13,955 nucleotides of DNA from Candidatus Jordarchaeia archaeon. GTDB lineage: Archaea > Asgardarchaeota > Jordiarchaeia > Jordiarchaeales > Jordiarchaeaceae. Made by a program: the position numbers and the translations under genes. Below the pieces are notes generated by a model that made no database searches, was not told the DNA's origin, and worked only from the letters and a program-made list of their open reading frames with translations. Below are positions 1 to 7,332 of the stretch, piece after piece (positions within the stretch are counted from its first letter, which is position 1; each line of letters begins with the position of its first letter). The DNA lies in the NCBI GenBank assembly GCA_029856435.1, contig JAHQXB010000083.1, forward strand, positions 1-13,955, written 5' to 3'.

Positions 1-123
1 CAAGCGCTCCTCTGTCCTACGCTGCGCCTCCGCCAGCTGCTCCAAGCGCTCCTCTGTCCTACGCTGCGCCTCCGCCAGCTGCTCCAAGCGCTCCTCTGTC
101 CTACGCTGCGCCTCCGCCAGCTG
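1..123. repeat. Perfect 42-bp coding tandem repeat, 2.9 copies visible, truncated by the window edge
   Basis: The unit CAAGCGCTCCTCTGTCCTACGCTGCGCCTCCGCCAGCTGCTC occurs at 1-42, 43-84 and 85-123 (first 39 nt), all identical. It encodes EQLAEAQRRTEERL (two heptads) on the minus strand. Confidence 0.97.
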
Positions 124-237
124 GCTTACTGATGTTGTTAGTTTGTCGAAGTCCTCTCTTGTTACCTTTATTTCTTTTACCTTGTCTTCAACGACTTTGA
201 TGATAAAGTCGTACAGTTCGGGTGTGATGGAACTCAT
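1..237 (-). CDS. N-terminal part of a heptad-repeat coiled-coil protein (runs off the left edge); resembles archaeal/bacterial AEAQRRTEERL-repeat proteins that usually end in a PD-(D/E)XK/DUF3782-type domain
   Basis: Manual translation from ATG at 237: MSSITPELYDFIIKVVEDKVKEIKVTREDFDKLTTSVSQLAEAQRRTEERLEQLAEAQRRTEERLEQLAEAQRRTEERL, open to position 1. GGAG RBS at 250-253 and TTTAAATT TATA box at 280-287 on the minus strand. Missed by the ORF track because there is no stop in the window. The C-terminal domain is not visible and is inferred from recalled family architecture. Confidence 0.85.
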   Translation of the reverse strand, partial: MSSITPELYDFIIKVVEDKVKEIKVTREDFDKLTTSVSQLAEAQRRTEERLEQLAEAQRRTEERLEQLAEAQRRTEERL

Positions 238-249
238 TTTTTCGCTTTT

Positions 250-287
250 CTCCTGCCATAATAATTATTCGGGGTGTTAAATTTAAA
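250..287 (-). promoter_or_regulatory. Putative archaeal promoter (TATA box) and RBS of the coiled-coil gene
   Basis: Minus-strand TTTAAATT at 287-280 would place a start site near 257, just upstream of GGAG (253-250) and the ATG at 237. Confidence 0.5.
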
Positions 288-313
288 GTAATCGGCTCTT
301 TGGACTCCTTATT

Positions 314-333
314 CGAGCCGTTTTAAAGGCTCG
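314..333. promoter_or_regulatory. Short palindrome (possible operator or hairpin)
   Basis: CGAGCC-GTTTTAAA-GGCTCG: perfect 6-bp arms around an AT-rich core, about 30 bp upstream of the putative TATA box. Confidence 0.3.
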
Positions 334-692
334 GTGGTGGTTGAAGATTCGGGACTTCACTCAAGGGTTGGTTGGCTGTTTGAGTGGGTGGTGTTAGAAA
401 ACGCGTCTGAGGTAGGATTTATTCATGTTTTTCTTAATTCCTCCTGTATGGGAGGTTGCTACCGGGACCATCATTTTACCGTTAACCTGGCGACTTGAGC
501 GCTTCGTCTCGAATCGCTTGGTGGGAATCTCACAGTTTTGCTCTTCGAGGCGTGTCGGCAGTGATTAATTACACCATTATGCGGAACCTGTCTCTCACTT
601 TCACTGGTTTGTTTACTGAGCGGCTTTCATCCTACGTGCAGTTGCTTTCCAAATCTTTACGGTGATGTACACTGTGAGTATGGGCTTTTCTC

Positions 693-1205
693 TCACTGTT
701 TTGGCGATGATTTTTCCCAAATTTTGGTGTAGTTGAACTTGTCGTAGAAGCTTTCTGCGATTTCTGTTTGGGGGTGGATTGATGCTAGTTTTTGAATGTG
801 GCGGGTTAATCCTTTTCTGCCCCATCTCTTGTAGTGTTTCTTTATCCGGGTTAGTGAATGTAGTGGTTGGTGTAGTGTGGTGTGGTGGTTTTCTGTGTAT
901 TTCTCTTTTAGAATAATGACTTTTTCGCAGTGTATTGTTAGAGTGTTTGTCATTTCTGCGAGTGTTTCTGATGCTTGTTGTGAGTATCTCAACTTCTCAA
1001 AGTAGCTCTGAAGGTAGGGGTGGTTTGCTACGTAGAACCGATATCTGGGGCGTTTGTGGATTTCGAGATTGATTCCCCTGTCTTGGAGAAGGATTTGTAT
1101 GTGTTTAAGGCAGGTTTCCACTGCTTGGTTGAGTCTAGTGTCGCTCCGGGCGATAGATTCGCAAAATCTCGTGTTTTTGGGCCCTTTTTTTTTGGCTGTT
1201 CTCAA
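693..1205 (-). CDS. Hypothetical protein with a degenerate zinc-metallopeptidase (gluzincin-like) motif; inactive enzyme or decaying gene
   Basis: 170-aa ORF with TTG start. TTLHQPLHSLT (HQPLH at 858-872) resembles TxxHELLHxLT, and RWGRKGLTRH (KGLT at 804-815), 14 residues later, resembles the WxxEGLT third-ligand motif. Both Glu positions are replaced (Q, K). Confidence 0.5.
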   Translation of the reverse strand: MRTAKKKGPKNTRFCESIARSDTRLNQAVETCLKHIQILLQDRGINLEIHKRPRYRFYVANHPYLQSYFEKLRYSQQASETLAEMTNTLTIHCEKVIILKEKYTENHHTTLHQPLHSLTRIKKHYKRWGRKGLTRHIQKLASIHPQTEIAESFYDKFNYTKIWEKSSPKQ

Positions 1206-1214
1206 AACTGTTTC

Positions 1215-1800
1215 TCACCACTTAAATGGGATGGAAATATTAAAAATTGAGGAAAAACACCGATAAAACCATAAATTATCAGGACATAGCGGCAAAAAAA
1301 AACCATAGCAAAGATCCTGCGAATCTATCGCCGGGTTTCCACCCAGCTCCACCGCTAATTCCGCTATATCGTTTCTGAACCTTTCTTTGAGCTGATGAGG
1401 ATACCACTTAATTAGGTTTTCCAGAGTTTTGCGAGCGTTTTCCAACTGGGCTGGCTTATTGGTTTCCAATAGCTTTTCGATTTCACCTAGTTTTAGGAGA
1501 ATGTTGTGGCGTATAAGCTCTTCCAAGAATTGAATTAGTTTCGCCCTCACGTAGGGCTCGTCATTTATGCTGAGTCGGATTTCGCCAGCAACGCTCTTTT
1601 TTATTACCAGTCCCGCTTCTATAAGCATTCTCAAGTGCTGGTTGTTCGGTTGCGGCGTGAAGCCCGGTAATTTTTGAGAGCTGTCCCATAGTTAAGCTTT
1701 CACGATGCCCAGCGTGGGCTCTTAACATTTTTAACCTTTCCTCAGCAGAGACTCTTTTCAAACTGGGGAGATCTCCGTATGATAACAAAAATATATGCAT
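1215..1800 (-). pseudogene. Frameshifted ArsR/SmtB-like winged-helix transcription regulator with a helical C-terminal extension
   Basis: ORF 1561-1800 gives VSAEERLKMLRAHAGHRESLTMGQLSKITGLHAAT. The frame of ORF 1215-1634 continues NQHLRMLIEAGLVIKKSVAGEIRLSIN. Joined, they give a typical ArsR pattern (RLKIL...LT..EL....GL..AT..QHL..L.EAGLV). One extra base in minus-strand ACC-GAAC-AAC-CAG (plus 1644-1647) splits the recognition helix. The start may be TTG at 1761. Confidence 0.75.
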
Positions 1801-2420
1801 TCAATATATGTAAATGTACGGCTCCATCAGGGGCTCTACCTGTCCAAGACTCAAACATACCATCTATCCCAGAGAAGTTCGAAGCCATGAAAAAACACCA
1901 AAAAAGGGGCGAAATTTCTTGGGGGAACACAAAATCATTTGGATGTTAAAAAGGGATTTTTCTCTAAATCCAAGCAAGTTCAACTCTTTTCTGTAAGAAT
2001 CTTGGCAAAGTAGTCTCGTAATTTTCAGATACTTCCAATGAGGGTATGTTTTATGATGTTCTGGTTTTATATTATTTTTTGTTAACTTTCAGGGTGGTTC
2101 TGGATTTTTGACTTCCTTTTCACGTGGGTTTTATGTGCGGCGGGTTTAGGAGCTCTAAGAAGGGTTCTGTTGAATAATTTTAATTTTTCCAAAAAATTGG
2201 TTGTTTTTTGAAAATTTTTCAAATTAAGAATGTAAAATTGCAAAAAATTCATTAAAATGGTGAGGGAATTGAAAAATAAAACTTTTTCAACGGATCTAGG
2301 AGGAGGGGGTTCTTGGAGGAGAAGGAGAAGCGTGGTTTAATGGTGAACAGAGTTGAAGCTAATCAGTAGGGTAAGTGGTGGACTTGTCGGCTGACCTTTT
2401 TTGTAAAATTTTCGTTTTTT

Positions 2421-2445
2421 TGTATAGTTATATATTTTAAACTTT
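2421..2445 (+). promoter_or_regulatory. Putative TATA-box promoter of the DIP1984-like gene
   Basis: TTATATATTTTAAAC at 2428-2442, about 60-70 bp upstream of GTG 2501. GAGGTG RBS at 2489-2494. Confidence 0.5.
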
Positions 2446-2500
2446 AACTTTTTTTGTTCAAAAGTAACGAGTAGCCAAAGTTAGGGTAGAGGTGTTTGTC

Positions 2501-2935
2501 GTGAAGCTAGGTGAATTATTGGAGGAAAGAGCAAGACTCATAGAAGAAATTGCGGGTTTGGTAAGCCTCCGGAACTCAGAGTTTATAGAGCCCAAGGACT
2601 CCCCCTCCGAGGTGAGGTTCAAGGACATAACGGAGCAAATAAATCAGAAGAGAAAGGAGCTCCGAGAGCTGAAAATAAAAATTATGAAGTACAACCTATC
2701 CACAAGAGTAGAACACTCCGAAGTAAGCAACCTAATGGAACTCAACCTAAAAATCACAGACCTCATAAATGAAATAACAAGTCTAAGAGAATTGCCTACC
2801 CGCTGTTTGCGGGACGAAGTGCGACTCCAAGTATCCCCCAGAGAACTGAGGAAAAAAATTTCAGAGCTAATTAGGGAAAAAATACGGCTAGACATCCTGA
2901 GAAAGATGACCAACTGGGCGACAGAGGTGGATTAA
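2501..2935 (+). CDS. DIP1984-family (DUF6847-like) coiled-coil protein
   Basis: N-terminal MKLGELLEERARL resembles the family start MKLAEAL..RADL. C-terminal IRLDILRKMTNWATEVD resembles .LD..IQ..NW.TEL. All-helical with heptad character. Start moved from 2492 to GTG 2501 because GAGGTG lies 6 nt upstream and the protein then begins MKL. Confidence 0.75.
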   Translation: MKLGELLEERARLIEEIAGLVSLRNSEFIEPKDSPSEVRFKDITEQINQKRKELRELKIKIMKYNLSTRVEHSEVSNLMELNLKITDLINEITSLRELPTRCLRDEVRLQVSPRELRKKISELIREKIRLDILRKMTNWATEVD

Positions 2936-2940
2936 AGCTG

Positions 2941-3012
2941 ATGAGTAACCAACCCTTGGAAGACCAAAAAATTTCTAGCGGAACACATTCCTAATTCAAA
3001 AATTAAAGATTA
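2941..3012 (+). pseudogene. Possible remnant of an alpha/beta-hydrolase C-terminus
   Basis: The short frame reads PLEDQKFLAEHIPNSKIK, similar to the P.e.s..LA..IPna.l segment between the catalytic Asp and His of alpha/beta hydrolases. The rest of the gene is absent. Confidence 0.25.
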
Positions 3013-3296
3013 AAAATTAATACTTAAAGCCGAACGGCACTCAAAAATTAAACCTCAATTGAGAGGACCCCTCCTAATTGGGAAGTCCACAGACAGACAG
3101 AGCCCTGCAACAGCACCATCAGCGTCTAAAACCTCTGCCACCCACCCCTCCCACTCCACCAAAAAGGAACAATACATAATCCGGAAAAATGATACCACGG
3201 AAGCATAACATCGAATAAAAAGGGTTCCAACAGTTCATGAAACTTTCATTTTTTATCGTCTTTTTAGACCCTAGGATAGCCTTTTTTTCTTTTTCT

Positions 3297-3400
3297 GTTA
3301 AGAGGAGGGCGTATTAAATCTTTTACCTCTTAACGAAAGTCTATAGAAAAACTTAACTATCTTAACGAAGAAGCTCGAAAACTAAACACCAAATTAAGAG
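3297..3400. repeat. Cluster of TTAAGA/TCTTAA motifs with a 9-bp inverted repeat
   Basis: GTTAAGAGG (3297-3305) and CCTCTTAAC (3326-3334) are a perfect inverted pair. TCTTAACGAA is directly repeated at 3328-3337 and 3360-3369. TTAAGAG occurs at 3394-3400. Confidence 0.5.
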
Positions 3401-3484
3401 AAGGATTAATTGGCAGTGTACAAAGATTACCAATAACCGTCGTCGCCCAAGTTAAAAAAGCGTTTAACAGAGAAAATAAACGAT

Positions 3485-4078
3485 TTAAGCAAAACATAAC
3501 TTGAAAACAGTGTTTTTGATAAAACTTTTCCAGACTAGGAATACTGACCCGACGATTGAAAATAGTGCTCCCAGCACCAGTAGAAGTGGAGGGATAAAGC
3601 TTTCAGTTTTGGGGAAGGGTATGGACTCTGTGTCGTAGAAGTGGCAGCAGGAGTACAGTAGGGCGATGCGATCTGTGGGGTTGTGGATGACGACGAAAAA
3701 GTGGCCGTCTTTTAGTGTGGCTCCGTAGTAGCAGGCTGCTGTGGACCACAGTGTGGAGGATAGGGGTGCATAGTTGGGTGCTCCGCATACAAATTTTATG
3801 AAGTTCTCATCGTCAAGTAGGAATACGTGGAAACGCTCCGAGGCTTGGTATGAGCCTCCTATAGTGTCACCTGCATCGGCGGCTATGACTTTTATGAAGT
3901 ATCCCTTTGGGGGGACAAGAACCCATTCGCCCTTAGCCCAGGCCTGTTCTCCGCTAACTGGGCGTATCTCAAAGGCGTAGTAATTGCTCAGGGCAGCGGA
4001 AAATAGTATTAAGGCGAGTCCAACTGTTAGGAGTAAGACGCTCACCTTAACAGTTTTTCTAATCTTTTTCACTCTCAT
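3485..4078 (-). CDS. Membrane protein: N-terminal TM, beta-rich extracellular domain (GOLD/p24-like pattern), C-terminal TM
   Basis: Basic N-terminus MRVKKIRK (ATG 4078 preferred over 4120), then hydrophobic VSVLLLTVGLALILFSAAL. The middle has alternating beta strands (YFIKVIAADAGDTIGGSY, FHVFLLDDENF, GHFFVVIHNP). The C-terminal hydrophobic segment is LLLVLGALFSIVGSVFLVW. The fold assignment is inference. Confidence 0.8.
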   Translation of the reverse strand: MRVKKIRKTVKVSVLLLTVGLALILFSAALSNYYAFEIRPVSGEQAWAKGEWVLVPPKGYFIKVIAADAGDTIGGSYQASERFHVFLLDDENFIKFVCGAPNYAPLSSTLWSTAACYYGATLKDGHFFVVIHNPTDRIALLYSCCHFYDTESIPFPKTESFIPPLLLVLGALFSIVGSVFLVWKSFIKNTVFKLCFA

Positions 4079-4257
4079 AATTTTTAAACGCTCCCCGGAG
4101 CCTAGCTTTCTTGGCAACAATTCTTGTAAGTCTTCCTCTACTTGACGAATTTATTTTTTGGTTCTGGTGCTCTTCTTTATTTGTGGTTTTTTGTCTGACT
4201 CTTTTTGGCTTTTATATGTGGATTTTGGCGTTTTTGTTTTTTGAATGGTTTAAAGTC

Positions 4258-4791
4258 TTATTTTTTTGTTTTTGCTTTTTGGGCGATTTTTTCGTTTAGT
4301 TCTGTTAGGATTTTGCTGAATGCTAGGTCTAGGTCTTCTCTTTTTTTGATAGGGGGGAGGCCGTTTAGTTCTCGTAGTTTGTTGAAGCGTTGGAATACTT
4401 CCTCTTCGAATTCTTCCTCTTCTTTCCTTTTTTGCTTCGCACTCTTCTTCTTTTCTGTGGTTTCAAGGTCTTTTCTTTCTGCGTATAGTAGGTTGTGAAT
4501 CATGGTGTGTTGGACGATCTGTTTTCTCACTTCTTTATTTTCAATTTCTTTTAGCTTATTGTTGATTTGAATTTCGCAAAAACCGCTTAGTGTTATTTTG
4601 GGTCCTGGCTTGCTCTCCCCACGGAGCAGCAGGGCTTCAATGTCAATGTCCATTTTTAACTTATTTACTTTGATTCTGCTTAACATTTTTTTAGGAAGCC
4701 GATAGTACCTAGCAGTTACAACGTATTTCTTTTCCAGCTTTGGAAAAACCTTCAAACACTCATTAACCCACTCTGAACATTCATTCTCCAA
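4258..4791 (-). CDS. SprT-like zincin-fold protein with an inactivated metal site (pseudopeptidase)
   Basis: Intact 177-aa ORF with TTG start and AGGTGG RBS. EIQINNKL...VQHTMIHNLLY matches the SprT-like I.IN......TiiHELLH context, but HExxH reads HNLLY. The downstream H..EF position reads KRKEEEEF, with no His. Confidence 0.75.
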   Translation of the reverse strand: MENECSEWVNECLKVFPKLEKKYVVTARYYRLPKKMLSRIKVNKLKMDIDIEALLLRGESKPGPKITLSGFCEIQINNKLKEIENKEVRKQIVQHTMIHNLLYAERKDLETTEKKKSAKQKRKEEEEFEEEVFQRFNKLRELNGLPPIKKREDLDLAFSKILTELNEKIAQKAKTKK

Positions 4792-5601
4792 TTATAGCCA
4801 CCTTGCCCACCACTAATGAACCAATCAAAAGACTCTAAAAATACTTTTGTTCAACAGAACAGAGGCATCATTTTTATAAAAACTTTTATCCCCCGCATCC
4901 TAAGGGCCTTTTCTGGTAATACATGTGGTTGCAGCTGCCGACTGACACCTTTCAGCCTGCCCTTTTTGTAAGCGGGTGTCCCAATAACTAAAATGGTTAA
5001 AAAAACCTTATTATCGTGATACAGAATTAATTTTTTCCTTTTGGCCTCCAACAAACATGTTTTTTCCACCTTTTTTTGGGAAAAGAAGCCTAAAATGAAC
5101 CCCCGGAGAAGGGGAGGTTTAGGGAAAAAAATAATGAGAAAGCCTATAGTAATAGACATAATTCGAGTTCCCCTCGATATTAGGGAAAATTGGAAAAGAG
5201 GGTAAAAAGGAGAAAAAAGCGTTTGGGTGAGTTAATTCAGGTAGCAAGCGAACTAGCCCTCTCCGACCACAGCTACACCTCTAAATATGATAGAGAGTTT
5301 GGAAAATCAGGCTACAGAAAATCTCAAACCCAGTCAGATGACCTTTACAACACTAGTATTCTGGCAAAACATGGAGACTTCAGTCTAATACCGCAACCAG
5401 TCGGTCCACTCTCAAAAGACAAGGCGGTTCAACTATAGTGTGTGCTGGATGCTAAACACCCTCCCCGAAGAGAAAAAGGGAATATGCAAAGCTGATTCTG
5501 GATCTAATCAACAGAGTGGACAACTGGATCCCCATGTTTTAGCAGTAGGTTCGCTTATGCTGCTCCAATCATCCTCGTTTACAAAATGCATGGCCAGTGA
5601 T

Positions 5602-5862
5602 TCAACCAGGTACCTTTTCAAATGCCACAGCGGCGACCCCTTCTTTTACAATGTCTATGAATTCTTCCATTAGTGCGCCGTAGCGCCCCTTGAGTTCATC
5701 CAGCTCCCTAACCACTGTTTCCAACGCCCCTCTCCCCTCCTTTTCTTCAACCACATTGGGGTAGGGGTACCTAGCCTCAAGGAAAGCGTCCCTAAGCTTG
5801 CCTGGTGGCTGGGGAAAAGTTCCAGGCACGTCATTTATGATCCCTTCCAGGAAGCGCATCAC
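5602..5862 (-). pseudogene. Probable gene fragment, weakly HEPN-like
   Basis: KLRDAFLEARYPYPNVVEEKEGRGALETVVRELDEL resembles the HEPN C-terminal L...Y..ARYP....ea..Al..a..il pattern. No RBS, and there is an in-frame stop shortly upstream. A frameshifted continuation (KGSPLWHLKRYLVESLAMHF) is present. No RxxxxH motif seen. Confidence 0.3.
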
Positions 5863-6412
5863 AGTTGGGGGGATAATGCCGAATCGCTACCTTATTGGAG
5901 GTGGGATCCGTAAAGTGCTCCCCCTCATTCACATAGTGGTTAGAGTAGTAATAGGTTCCTTAGTGTGGACATTTAAATAATTTCACGGTGTTTGAGTTGT
6001 ATGGATTTTCTGGCTCCAAATTAAAGGAAACGATGGTGGACAGCTGGTCAAGTTCGGCGGGTGTTTTGTCTTGTCTTGCGTTTTTGCTGGTCTAATTGCA
6101 TTTTTAGAGGGGGGCTTCTGCAAGTTGCACAATTAATTATTGAACAATGCTCTTTTGGTTTATGTGAATCGGTTATGGAGGGGGCGCCGGGCAGAAATGT
6201 TCTATGAAGTTACTAATGGTATTTACTTGTTTTTAAGCCTCTAAATGTTTTTTTGTGTGTTCGGGCGTATTTTTGTGAATGTTTGGGTTTTTTAGCCAGA
6301 GAAATTGCACAGGCTTTTCAAATCTTAGAGGATACATTTATTGGCACTTTCCTTTGCTAAGGTGGGGCTTTCTCGTCAACGATTCCTGTAGATGCTGAGA
6401 GGTTACCTGCTT

Positions 6413-7330
6413 TTATTCTGTTTCCAGTGTTTCAATTGAAGCTTTTTTCAGGGCAGCTGTACGTACCGCGTCGTAGGCCTTTGATAAGATATAGGTGATA
6501 TTGTGTCCTTCTACTGTAAAGGGGGCGTCACCAAGCCTTTTTAGTATGCCTTTGTCAACAGTGTTTCTTGTTGTGAGATTCAGGGTGAAGGTGTCTAGAT
6601 TTTCTCCAGCCTCCCAGAAGGTGTCTAGACATTCTTCAAGTGATGGATGCGTGTCTTTTTCTACGCGAGCCGGTTTTGGTTCAGAGATACGTTCTTGGGG
6701 TAATGTTTCTACACGCTTTTTTCTTAGGGTCTCTATGATTTCTTCTTTTGTTCGTCCTCTCAGTTTGAATATTAGGAATGGGTCTTCATCAAAGCGTTCT
6801 GCCAACAGATAATAGACGGCTGCGATGTGCTTACAGGGGTTGGCTGTATCGGGGCATGAACAATCTGTGTCAAGTTCGTCTCGTGATGTTGGAAAAAGCG
6901 GCACTTCAACTTTCTGAAATGCTTCCTCTATGTTTTTTGGCATCTCACCAGAAAGTAGCTTGGCTGCGAATACTGCCTGTGAAGCCATGGCGTTTGCTAC
7001 CTTTTCCCAGTCTTGGTCCGATATTGGTTGCAGTTTGATTGTCACATTGTAGGGCTTGGGCCTTGAACCTTGAACCTTAGCTTTAACAATTCCTGGCCCA
7101 ACATCTATGGAGATTACCTGTCCTCTACGGGCATAGTTACGGCCGCGTGCAAGTCTTGAGCCTATTCCGAAGGATTCAAGAACTCTAACCCAGCGCTTGG
7201 ACCACCAAGTTTCGCCAATGTCGCCCCGCTGGCTTTTGGCTTTTATACCATTCTCAACTGGTATCGGTGAGGACTGATAATAATCGTAATAGTCGTCATA
7301 GTATGGCGAATAATATCTTTTTCGTCCCAT
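6413..7330 (-). CDS. SWIM zinc-finger protein (YwqB-like partner of the SNF2 ATPase)
   Basis: SWIM motif DCSCPDTANPCKH (CxC-x6-CxH). Family signatures GETWWSKRW, RLARGRNYARRGQV, AKVQGSRPKPYNV and ERFDEDPFLIFKLRG. The ATG is 2 nt after the SNF2 stop. Confidence 0.95.
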   Translation of the reverse strand: MGRKRYYSPYYDDYYDYYQSSPIPVENGIKAKSQRGDIGETWWSKRWVRVLESFGIGSRLARGRNYARRGQVISIDVGPGIVKAKVQGSRPKPYNVTIKLQPISDQDWEKVANAMASQAVFAAKLLSGEMPKNIEEAFQKVEVPLFPTSRDELDTDCSCPDTANPCKHIAAVYYLLAERFDEDPFLIFKLRGRTKEEIIETLRKKRVETLPQERISEPKPARVEKDTHPSLEECLDTFWEAGENLDTFTLNLTTRNTVDKGILKRLGDAPFTVEGHNITYILSKAYDAVRTAALKKASIETLETE

Positions 7331-7332
7331 TT

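Noticed and set aside
1-123. CRISPR array
   Set aside because: The 42-bp units are contiguous with no spacers and translate in frame as a coiled coil.
613-825. 70-aa minus-strand ORF
   Set aside because: It overlaps the 3' end of 693-1205 in another frame. It could be a frameshifted tail, but nothing supports that.
1020-1996. ORFs 1020-1250, 1054-1266, 1742-1930 and 1814-1996
   Set aside because: Short, mostly overlapping better-supported minus-strand frames, with no RBS or recognisable motif.
2644-5159. ORFs 2644-2913, 3603-3788, 3774-3980, 4111-4299, 4205-4498 and 4851-5159
   Set aside because: Antisense or alternate-frame shadows of called genes, or low-complexity Phe/Lys-rich frames from AT-rich intergenic DNA.
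5190-5673. Transposase in the plus-strand ORFs (SYTSKY and KADSG resemble IS5/IS4 snippets)
   Set aside because: Only short coincidental words; no DDE spacing, terminal inverted repeats or continuous frame.
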